Below are positions 10,009 through 18,145 of a DNA stretch of 64,000 bases, piece after piece. Below the pieces are notes generated by a model. It was not told the origin of the DNA. It did no database searches and saw nothing but the letters and a program-made list of their open reading frames with translations. The translations under genes and the position numbers were made by a program. How positions within the stretch are numbered: the first letter of the stretch is position 1; each line of letters starts with the position of its first letter. The DNA is from Minisyncoccota bacterium (GTDB taxonomy: Bacteria; Patescibacteriota; Minisyncoccia; Phycocordibacterales; UBA9973): the NCBI GenBank assembly GCA_021734995.1, contig JAIPHX010000005.1, positions 4,099-68,098 on the forward strand. The letters run 5' to 3'.

Positions 10009-11760
10009 TTAAATAGTTTTGTTTCTAATCTCTTCTTGAAGTCTTTGTATAAAAGCATTGTTGTCCATACCTTCTAGTTTTTCTCCATTTCGTGTCTCTA
10101 TTGTAAGAGTTTCACTTTCCATTTCTTTGTCACCAATTACTATTAAGTAAGGGATTTTTTGCATTTTAGCTTCACGGATTTTCTTTCCAAGAGTTTCTGA
10201 GGATTCATCTATTTCTGCACGGATATTATTGTCCAGCATTTCTTGAAGTATTTTTTGAGCATACACAGAGTGTTTGTCTGTGGAGATAGGTAGAATTTTT
10301 ACTTGTACAGGAGACAGCCAAAGAGGGAAGTTTCCTGCGTAGTGTTCAATCATTACTCCTAAAAATCTTTCAGTTGAACCCAATATTGCTCTATGAATAA
10401 CTACCGGTCTTTCTTTTTTACTTTCATTTGAAATATATTCAAGTTCAAATTTTTCAGGCAAATTAAAATCAAGTTGGATAGTAGACAGTTGCCACTCTCT
10501 ACCAATGGCATCTTTAAACATAAAGTCTAATTTTGGTCCATAAAAAGCAGCTTCATTTTCTGCTTCTTCATATTTCCAGCCCGTACTTTTCACTATCTCT
10601 CGTAAAGCATTTTCAGCAGTATTCCAGACTTTGTCGTCTCCTAAATATTTAGATTTGTCTTGTGAATCACGAAGAGATATTCTTACATAGAAATCATTTA
10701 AGCCAAATGCTTTGTAAACATCCTTGATCATATCTAGAATCACTTCTATTTCTTTTTTGATTTGACTCTCTGCACAGAAAATATGACAATCATCTTGGGT
10801 AAGAGCTCTTACTCGAGTTAGGCCTGATAGTTCTCCTGATTTTTCATAACGATAATTAGTAGTAGTACAAGTGTATCTTAAAGGTAAATCTCTGTATGAG
10901 TGTGGAAGTGTTTTGTAAAGCATCATAAAATGAGGGCAGTTCATTGGTTTTAGATAATAGTCATTTTCATCTATCTTCATTGGGGAATACATCGCGTCAT
11001 ATTTATCTAGATGACCAGATACTTTGTATAGTTCTCCTTTAGTAATATGAGGAATCCAAATATCTTTATAACCTCTTTTTGTTTGCTCTTCGCTAATAAA
11101 ATTTTCTACCATCTTTCTTAAAATAGTTCCTTTGGGATAAAAAAGAGGTAGCCCTGGACCAATTTCATCAATAATAGTAAAGAGTCCCATTTCTTTTCCT
11201 ATCTTTCGATGGTCTCTTTTTAGAGCTTCTTCTTTTTGTATTAAATAAGCATCTAGTTCCTCTTTTGATTCAAAAGCAAGTCCATAAATACGAGTTAGCA
11301 TTTTGTTCTTCTCATCTCCACGCCAATATGCACCAGCTATCCGGTCTAGCTTGAAGATACCTGCTCGGATTTCTTTGTTTGGATTTTCCAAATGTCCACC
11401 TCTACATAAGTCAGTAAAATTTCCAGCGGTATAAAAAGTAATTTTTTCTCCCTTCTCGGCAATTTCTTCTATAAGCTCAATCTTGTATGGATTATTTTTA
11501 AAATAGTCTTTTGCTTCATTAACACTTTTTTCTTCATGTGCAAAAGTATTCCAATCTTTTAATAAAGCCAACATTTTTTTCTCAATAGTCTCTAAATCTT
11601 TATCTGATATTGGAGATTCAAAATCAAAGTCATAATAAAAGCCATTATCTATGGCTGGCCCAATACTATTTTTTGTATTTGGATAAATTTCTAAAACAGC
11701 ACTTGCTAAAAGGTGAGCAAGAGTGTGTCTTAGATTGTGTAATTTTTGTTCTTTCTCCAT
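10009..11760 (-). CDS. thrS: threonyl-tRNA synthetase lacking the N-terminal TGS domain but retaining the editing domain
   Basis: LRHTLAHLLASAVLEIYPNTKNSIGPAIDNGFYYDFDF matches the ThrRS N2 editing domain. The class II core (KPMNCPHFMMLY, RVRALTQDDCHIF) and C-terminal anticodon-binding domain are present. Confidence 0.85.
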   Translation of the reverse strand: MEKEQKLHNLRHTLAHLLASAVLEIYPNTKNSIGPAIDNGFYYDFDFESPISDKDLETIEKKMLALLKDWNTFAHEEKSVNEAKDYFKNNPYKIELIEEIAEKGEKITFYTAGNFTDLCRGGHLENPNKEIRAGIFKLDRIAGAYWRGDEKNKMLTRIYGLAFESKEELDAYLIQKEEALKRDHRKIGKEMGLFTIIDEIGPGLPLFYPKGTILRKMVENFISEEQTKRGYKDIWIPHITKGELYKVSGHLDKYDAMYSPMKIDENDYYLKPMNCPHFMMLYKTLPHSYRDLPLRYTCTTTNYRYEKSGELSGLTRVRALTQDDCHIFCAESQIKKEIEVILDMIKDVYKAFGLNDFYVRISLRDSQDKSKYLGDDKVWNTAENALREIVKSTGWKYEEAENEAAFYGPKLDFMFKDAIGREWQLSTIQLDFNLPEKFELEYISNESKKERPVVIHRAILGSTERFLGVMIEHYAGNFPLWLSPVQVKILPISTDKHSVYAQKILQEMLDNNIRAEIDESSETLGKKIREAKMQKIPYLIVIGDKEMESETLTIETRNGEKLEGMDNNAFIQRLQEEIRNKTI

Positions 11761-11995
11761 TTTGTTTTTTTTGTTTATTGATAATATAAAACATAAAATC
11801 GCCCCAACGAAAACGAATAAAATTCATTTCCATTGGGGCGATGTTAAAGTCGCGGTTCCACCCAAATTTGTTCTCTTTTTGTTTGTACGGGTTAGCCGAA
11901 TCAATCGGTCTTCTTTTTGTGTAAAAGATTATGGTTGGTAGCCACAACAATCTCCGTATGTCTTTATATAGTATCATTTTTTATAAAGGAAAACA
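11761..11995 (-). promoter_or_regulatory. T-box riboswitch leader upstream of thrS
   Basis: On the minus strand the leader reads ...AAAUUUGGGUGGAACCGCGACUUUAACAUCGCCCCAAUGGAAAUGAAUUUUAUUCGUUUUCGUUGGGGCGAUUUUAUGUUUUAU.... This contains a T-box consensus (GGGUGGNACCGCG) at plus coordinates about 11849-11869, overlapping a GC terminator hairpin (CGCCCCAA/UUGGGGCG, plus 11800-11840) plus a U-tract, immediately 5' of the thrS start. An ACC (Thr) triplet lies in the upstream region (GGCUACCAACC). Confidence 0.55.
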
Positions 11996-12048
11996 ATTAG
12001 GATACTACAAGTTGCTTTTTGTCTTATATATGCTAATATAAGCTTGTT

Positions 12049-12276
12049 ATGGTAGTACGAATGCGACATACAAAATCTCATACGAAAAACAGACGATCTC
12101 ATCATGGACTGAAGAGCGATACTTTGTTTGTTTGCGACAATTGTAAAGCCCCTAAAAAAGGCCACACTGTTTGCGCATCTTGTGGTGTTTATAGAGGTAA
12201 GAAAATATTAGACTTAGTAAAAAAGGCTGAAAAAAAACAAAAGAAACAAAAAGCCAAAAAGGCTGAAACAAAATAA
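12049..12276 (+). CDS. rpmF: 50S ribosomal protein L32 with a K-rich C-terminal tail
   Basis: RMRHTKSHTKNRRSHH...VCDNCKAPKKGHTVCASCGVYRGKKI, including the L32 zinc-ribbon cysteines. Confidence 0.8.
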   Translation: MVVRMRHTKSHTKNRRSHHGLKSDTLFVCDNCKAPKKGHTVCASCGVYRGKKILDLVKKAEKKQKKQKAKKAETK

Positions 12277-12310
12277 ACCTTCTTTGGCCTGAATAATATA
12301 GATTAGTATA

Positions 12311-13252
12311 ATGGCAAACAGGCACCTTTCTAGATCAATAGTTCTCCAAACTCTCTTTGAATGGGATTTTATGAATGAGAGTGATAATACCGAGGTACAA
12401 AACCCTCGTGAAATTCTTGTGCGCAATATTGATGAATTTGCTCCAGATCTTAAAAATGATCCTTTTGTTTTTGCCTTGATTGAAAATATATTAGTGAAGC
12501 AAAAAGTGATTGATGAGATAATAGAAAAAGCTGCACCTGAATGGCCAATCCAAAAAATCTCTGTAGTAGATAGAAATATTATTCGTATTGGTCTTACAGA
12601 ACTTTTGTTTGGTGATGATTTACAGGTGCCACCCAAAGTAGCTATCAATGAATCTATAGAATTAGCAAAAACTTTTGGAGGAGAAAATTCTAGTAAATTT
12701 GTAAACGGAGTGCTTGGAGCAGTGTACAAAGAAATGGGAGAACCTCGTAAAGAAGAAAAAAGCAAAAGCAGAGAAAAGGACAATAAAGAAGTAGACATAA
12801 CTACATTACCAGTAGAAAATTATGGAGGGGCTCTAATTTACACCAAAAATGCTCCTATTGATGAAGAATCAAATTCAAAAGAACAAATAATGTTTGCTTT
12901 GGTGCACGATGTGTTTGGTTATTGGACTCTTTCTAAAGGCTCTGTCAAAGCAGACGAAGATGTGCAGGCGGGTACTATTAGAGAGATAAAAGATGAAACT
13001 GGTCTTGATATTACTATTAAAGAAAAATTGGGAGAAAATCAATATGTTGCCAACCACCCAGAAAAAGGAAAGATTCTAAAAAAAGTTACTTATTTTTTGG
13101 CAGAGAGTGATTATAAAGAGCTTGAATTGCAAACCTCAGGAGGTCTTGATGAAGCTAGATGGTTTAGAATATCAGAAATTGCCAACTTGAGATTTTACAA
13201 TGATATTGTACCGTTGGTGACATCTGCTTTAGAAATTATTAGTAAAAAATAA
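12311..13252 (+). CDS. nusB: NusB antitermination factor fused to a C-terminal Nudix hydrolase domain
   Basis: N-terminal NusB (SRSIVLQTLFEWDF...PPKVAINESIELAKTFGGENSSKFVNGVLGAV). After a K/E linker comes a Nudix box, GSVKADEDVQAGTIREIKDETGL (Gx5Ex7REuxEExGu). Confidence 0.75.
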   Translation: MANRHLSRSIVLQTLFEWDFMNESDNTEVQNPREILVRNIDEFAPDLKNDPFVFALIENILVKQKVIDEIIEKAAPEWPIQKISVVDRNIIRIGLTELLFGDDLQVPPKVAINESIELAKTFGGENSSKFVNGVLGAVYKEMGEPRKEEKSKSREKDNKEVDITTLPVENYGGALIYTKNAPIDEESNSKEQIMFALVHDVFGYWTLSKGSVKADEDVQAGTIREIKDETGLDITIKEKLGENQYVANHPEKGKILKKVTYFLAESDYKELELQTSGGLDEARWFRISEIANLRFYNDIVPLVTSALEIISKK

Positions 13253-13258
13253 AAATAT

Positions 13259-13954
13259 ATGGTTAGTTTTACAGAATTTGAAAAAGCAACAGGAATAAAT
13301 TTTAAAGATAAAGATTTATTAAAACAATCTTTTATTCATCGTTCATACATAAATGAAAACCCTGGTTCCAAATTATCACACAATGAAAGGTTGGAGTTTT
13401 TGGGTGATGCTGTACTTGAGTTGGTGGTAACTGATTTTTTGTATAAAAAATATCCTACATATTCTGAAGGGGATTTGACTGCAGTAAGATCTGCCTTGGT
13501 AAATGCTGTGATTATTTCAAAAGTAGCCTCAGATTTGGGAATGAATGAATACTTACTTCTTTCAAAAGGAGAATCAAAAGATAAAGGGAAAGCACGCCAA
13601 TATATTTTGGCAAATACTTATGAGGCTTATGTAGGAGCAGTATATCTTGATCAAGGTTATAAAATTGCTGAGAAGTTTATCACAGAGAATCTTCTTTCAT
13701 ATACAGAAGAAATTATTTCAAAGAAACTTTGGCGTGATGCAAAGAGTTTAGCACAAGAAAAAGCCCAAGAAGAGCTAGGAGTAACTCCATCATATCGGGT
13801 ATTGCACGAATCTGGCCCAGATCATGATAAGCATTTTACTGTCGGAATATATTTTGGAAATACTTTAGCAGGGGAAGGAAAAGGAAAATCTAAACAAGAA
13901 GCAGAACAAAAATCAGCTGAATCAGCATTAAAAGCTAAAAATTGGCTTGAATAA
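13259..13954 (+). CDS. rnc: ribonuclease III
   Basis: RNase III signature ERLEFLGDAVLELVVTDFLY and a C-terminal dsRBD. Confidence 0.85.
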   Translation: MVSFTEFEKATGINFKDKDLLKQSFIHRSYINENPGSKLSHNERLEFLGDAVLELVVTDFLYKKYPTYSEGDLTAVRSALVNAVIISKVASDLGMNEYLLLSKGESKDKGKARQYILANTYEAYVGAVYLDQGYKIAEKFITENLLSYTEEIISKKLWRDAKSLAQEKAQEELGVTPSYRVLHESGPDHDKHFTVGIYFGNTLAGEGKGKSKQEAEQKSAESALKAKNWLE

Positions 13955-16187
13955 TATGCGATTACAAAGTCTAGTTATAAACGGATTTAAATCTTTTGCC
14001 AAGAAGACTAGTCTTGTGTTTGAAAGTCCCATTGTATGCGTAGTAGGCCCCAATGGTTCTGGAAAATCCAACGTGTTAGAGGCTATTCGTTTTGTGCTTG
14101 GAGAACAATCTATGAAATCTATGCGTGGACGATCTGGAAGTGATATGGTTTTTAAAGGTTCTAAAAATTTATCCAAAGGCTCAAAAGCAGAGGTTTCTAT
14201 CTATTTTGACAACAAAGACAATGTCTTCAAAATGCCAAACGAAGAGGGGGAAAGTATTTCTCTTGATTTTGATACGGTATCTATTTCCCGCGAAGTATAT
14301 ACCGACGGTATGAACAAGTATGTTTTAAATGATTCTGAAGTTAGACTTAAAGACATAAATGCACTTTTGGCTTCTGTAAATATTGGTTCTTCTGGTCATC
14401 ATATTATTTCTCAAGGTGAAGCAGACAGAATTTTGAATGCAAATTCGAGAGAGCGAAAAGAAATGATTGAAGATGCTCTTGGTCTCAAAATTTATCAATA
14501 CAAGATTAAAGATACTGAAAGAAAATTAGAAAAAACAGGTATAAACATGCAAGAAGTATCTATGCTTCGTAGAGAAAATGCTCCGCATCTAAATTTTCTA
14601 AAAAAACAAGTAGAAAAAATAGAAAAAGCAACAGAAATGTCAGAAGAGCTTTTTGGTCTGTATTTAGAATATCTAAAAAAAGAAAATATTTTGATTGGGA
14701 CTGAGTATTCAAAACTTTCAGCAGAAAAAAAAGAAATAGACACTGAGCTGAAAGATTTAGAAGGAAAAATACAAGAAGTAGAAGATATTGCAGAGGGGAA
14801 TGGAGAGGATATCCAAGCTCTTTCTGTTTTGGAAAATAAAGTGATGGATATTCGTCGCCTAAAGAGTGAAATGGAAAGAAAGCTTGGTAGGGTAGAAGGA
14901 ATGATGGAAGCTGAGATAGAAAGAAGTAAAAAAATAGATGAAAGAATAGCAGTGGATCCATTAGAAGCACAAAAAGCTTTATTTGACCTAGATAAAATAG
15001 TAGAAGAGGCGATTAGTACAGAAAGTATTGAGGATATTAAGATTATTTTGGAGAGAATAAAAAATATTTTAAAAAGTGTTTTACATAAGGAAATTTCTGT
15101 TTCGAATGATTACTCCAACCAGATTGCTACCCTAGAAGAAAGTAAAAAAAGTATTTTAGTAGAAATAGATAATCTAACTAAAGAAGAAAATAACCTATCT
15201 GCTACTGTTCTAAATATGCGTCAAGAAAATAGAGAAAAAATGGAAGCAATGCGAGAAAAAGAAAAAGAAAAGTTTGGATTAAAGGTGAGACATCAAGAGT
15301 TGGTCTCAGCTCTCGGAGTTATTAATCTAAAAGAAGAAAATTTATCTAAAAGAAAAGAAGATTTTGAAAATGAAATTAAAGAAGGAAGGCCTTTGGTAGG
15401 GGAAAGGATTCATTCTTTTGAAGACTTTGAAATAAATGTAGAAAATAATCTTTCTAATAATACACAAGAAGAGTTGAAAAGAAGAATTGAGAGAATAAAA
15501 ATAAAACTTGAAGATGCCGGATTGGCTGGGAGTGGGGATGTAATGAAGGAATACAAAGAAGCTACTGAAAGAGATGTTTTTCTTTTGAGAGAGATGGAAG
15601 ATTTGGCAAATAGTATTGAATCCTTAAAAAAATTAATGGTGGATTTAAAAGAAAAGATAGATACAGAGTTTAAAGAAGGAGTACGAAAGATTAATAAAGA
15701 ATTTCAAGAATTATTTGTCAAAATGTTTGGTGGAGGAACCGCTTCTTTGCAAGTAGTAATGCAAAGTAGAAATAAAACCATAGCTGATGTAGAAAATGAA
15801 GATAATACAGATGAAGAAGAGATTGTGTTTGAGCAAGGAGTAGATATCAATGTTTCTTTGCCACACAAAAAAGTAAAAGAACTTCATGCTTTGTCGGGGG
15901 GCGAAAGATCTCTTACTTCTATTGCACTACTTTTTGCGATGTCTCAAGTAAACCCACCACCATTTTTGGTATTAGATGAGACTGACGCCGCTTTAGATGA
16001 ATCAAATTCTCGTAAATATGGAGATATGCTTGAGATATTATCTAAGCATTCACAATTGATTGTGATTACTCACAACAGAGAGACAATGTCTCGTGCAGGA
16101 GTTCTTTATGGAGTTACTATTGGAGCTGATGGAGCTTCAAAGCTTCTTTCTGTTAGATTTGATGAAGCAGTAGCTATTGCGAAATAG
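13947..16187 (+). CDS. smc: SMC-family ATPase, unusually short (746 aa) with no obvious hinge
   Basis: N-terminal SMC head (INGFKSFAKKTSLVFESPIVCVVGPNGSGKSNVLEAIRFVLGEQS). C-terminal signature and Walker B (LSGGERSLTSIALLFAM...FLVLDETDAALDE). The middle is coiled-coil. Its start overlaps the rnc stop. Confidence 0.7.
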   Translation: MNNMRLQSLVINGFKSFAKKTSLVFESPIVCVVGPNGSGKSNVLEAIRFVLGEQSMKSMRGRSGSDMVFKGSKNLSKGSKAEVSIYFDNKDNVFKMPNEEGESISLDFDTVSISREVYTDGMNKYVLNDSEVRLKDINALLASVNIGSSGHHIISQGEADRILNANSRERKEMIEDALGLKIYQYKIKDTERKLEKTGINMQEVSMLRRENAPHLNFLKKQVEKIEKATEMSEELFGLYLEYLKKENILIGTEYSKLSAEKKEIDTELKDLEGKIQEVEDIAEGNGEDIQALSVLENKVMDIRRLKSEMERKLGRVEGMMEAEIERSKKIDERIAVDPLEAQKALFDLDKIVEEAISTESIEDIKIILERIKNILKSVLHKEISVSNDYSNQIATLEESKKSILVEIDNLTKEENNLSATVLNMRQENREKMEAMREKEKEKFGLKVRHQELVSALGVINLKEENLSKRKEDFENEIKEGRPLVGERIHSFEDFEINVENNLSNNTQEELKRRIERIKIKLEDAGLAGSGDVMKEYKEATERDVFLLREMEDLANSIESLKKLMVDLKEKIDTEFKEGVRKINKEFQELFVKMFGGGTASLQVVMQSRNKTIADVENEDNTDEEEIVFEQGVDINVSLPHKKVKELHALSGGERSLTSIALLFAMSQVNPPPFLVLDETDAALDESNSRKYGDMLEILSKHSQLIVITHNRETMSRAGVLYGVTIGADGASKLLSVRFDEAVAIAK

Positions 16188-16227
16188 TACATTTTAGGAA
16201 ATGTTTTTATAAACTATTTTTTTAGAT

Positions 16228-18138
16228 TTAATTACTTTTTTCCTTAGGAATTTCTATTTTTGTAGTCTTTAATATTTTAAATTTTATTTCTTCTTCTTTG
16301 CCGAGTATTACTTTATCTGGCTTGAAGGTCTTGTCTAACTTTACTACATTTTTTTGAGTACCAATATCACCGTTACGCCATAGTTTTATTTGAAGCAACA
16401 TTCCTTGCATTGTATTTTCTGAAAATCCTTGATCAAAAATAAAATTACCCATAGAATAAGCAATAAAACCATCTTTATATTTTTCAGTGTCCTGCATTAC
16501 ATGTGGGTGATGGCCTATTACCAACTTCGCTCCATTGTCTATTGCTTTATGAGCGAGGTATTCTTGCCTAGTATTGTGAATGATTTTATATTCATCCCCA
16601 AAATGGAAAGATACTATCAAATGATCCACTTTGGTAGAAGCATTTTTTATTATTTCACCAAATCTAGTGTCTTTCGCTAATAGTATTCCAGCATTTTCAT
16701 TTACCCCAAGCCAATCTGGTCCTACATCAGAAAAACCCAAGTAACCAATTTTCATACCATATTTTTCTATAATGACAGGTTCTTCTGCTTCTTGTCTATT
16801 TGTGCCACCACCTGTGTAATATATCTCATTTTCTTTTAGTCTCTTTAGAGTGTCCACAAAAGCATCTCTTCCCCAGTCTCCAGCATGATTGTTGGCTACG
16901 GATAAAACATCAATACCAGAACTTTTAATTGCAGGGATAGTTTCAGGATTCATTCTAAATGAATACAAATTTCTGCGGTCTATTCCTTGGTCTGAGGCTG
17001 GTCCTTCTAGGTTGGCAAATGTAATATCAGCTTCTTTTAAAATATTTAGATTTTCAAATAATTCTGCATAGTCTCCATTCATATTTTTGTTTACAGAATT
17101 TTTTACTCCTCTATCAAGCATCATATCTCCAGCAAATAAAAGAGTAACAAAATCTGGTTCTTTTATATGAGGAACACCAGCCCTTTCCATGACCCATATA
17201 GAGCTTGCATCTTTTTTACCACCATAGTAAATATTATTTTTTAAAAAGTTTAATATTCTCTCTACATCTTTATATCGGTCATTACTTTGTAGTAATGCTA
17301 TTGCGACATTTCTATTTCCATTTTCTGATAGGGGAATGGAAAACAAAGACACAACAGTCTCTTTCGCTGGATCAGTATAGCCACTTTTTCCTCCCAAATA
17401 ACCTTCTTTTGTTAAAAATTGATTATTGCTAAACCAACTATGTATTTTATTATTGAAATTTCTTTGAGTAGTTATTTTAAACAAATCAGATGCTTCGTTG
17501 TGTAAATATCCTACAAGTTTAAAAAGATCAAAAGCTGTAGATTGATTGTCTTTGGATAGTCCACTTGGATCTTTGAAATATGTGTCAGTTAGCTCTATTT
17601 TTTCGGCTACTTGATTCATTTTGCTTAAGAAATTTTCTCTATTGAAATGTTCTGCCAATATTTCTGATGCGTCGTTGCTAGATTCAAGTAATAAAGCATA
17701 CAATAAATCATTTGTTTTTATTTTCTCCCCAACTCTAAAATTTCCGTTTTTTCCATAAGTATCTAGTGCTCTTTTTGTGGCAGTAGCAACATCTTTTTCG
17801 TCTGATAGCTCTTTTGCTACATAAGCTGTCATTACTTTTGATACAGAAGCTATTGGGTGCCTATCTTTTTCATTTTTAGAGATTATTACCTCACCTGTGT
17901 CTAAATCTCCCACTAAATATGCTTTAGCCGATACTTTTAATTCATTACTAGGTTCTTTTACAAAATAGTATTTAGGAGTTTCTACTTTTGTGGCTTCTAC
18001 TACATTGGCTTCTACTGAAATATCTTTCTTATCTAAATTTTTGATGTACTCTATCCCATAAAAAGCTCCTGACATCAGACCTGCTCCAAATAAAAAGGAA
18101 AATAATATAAAAAATGTATATTTTAATTTTAATTTCAT
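16228..18138 (-). CDS. secreted fusion protein: S11 D-alanyl-D-alanine carboxypeptidase (PBP5-like) domain plus CapA-family metallophosphoesterase domain
   Basis: N-terminal signal or TM segment. S11 motifs SxxK (ASVSKVMT), SxN (SNDAS) and KTG (GKSGYT). C-terminal CapA/PGA_cap-like motifs (ANNHAGDWG, GHHPHVMQ, GNFIFDQ). Confidence 0.7.
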   Translation of the reverse strand: MKLKLKYTFFILFSFLFGAGLMSGAFYGIEYIKNLDKKDISVEANVVEATKVETPKYYFVKEPSNELKVSAKAYLVGDLDTGEVIISKNEKDRHPIASVSKVMTAYVAKELSDEKDVATATKRALDTYGKNGNFRVGEKIKTNDLLYALLLESSNDASEILAEHFNRENFLSKMNQVAEKIELTDTYFKDPSGLSKDNQSTAFDLFKLVGYLHNEASDLFKITTQRNFNNKIHSWFSNNQFLTKEGYLGGKSGYTDPAKETVVSLFSIPLSENGNRNVAIALLQSNDRYKDVERILNFLKNNIYYGGKKDASSIWVMERAGVPHIKEPDFVTLLFAGDMMLDRGVKNSVNKNMNGDYAELFENLNILKEADITFANLEGPASDQGIDRRNLYSFRMNPETIPAIKSSGIDVLSVANNHAGDWGRDAFVDTLKRLKENEIYYTGGGTNRQEAEEPVIIEKYGMKIGYLGFSDVGPDWLGVNENAGILLAKDTRFGEIIKNASTKVDHLIVSFHFGDEYKIIHNTRQEYLAHKAIDNGAKLVIGHHPHVMQDTEKYKDGFIAYSMGNFIFDQGFSENTMQGMLLQIKLWRNGDIGTQKNVVKLDKTFKPDKVILGKEEEIKFKILKTTKIEIPKEKSN

Positions 18139-18145
18139 AAAAAAT

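Noticed and set aside
11666-11977. Two overlapping ORFs (minus 103 aa, plus 72 aa) in the thrS-rpmF intergenic region
   Set aside because: The region is better explained as a T-box leader RNA, given the conserved T-box motif and terminator. The ORFs lack an RBS or any motif.
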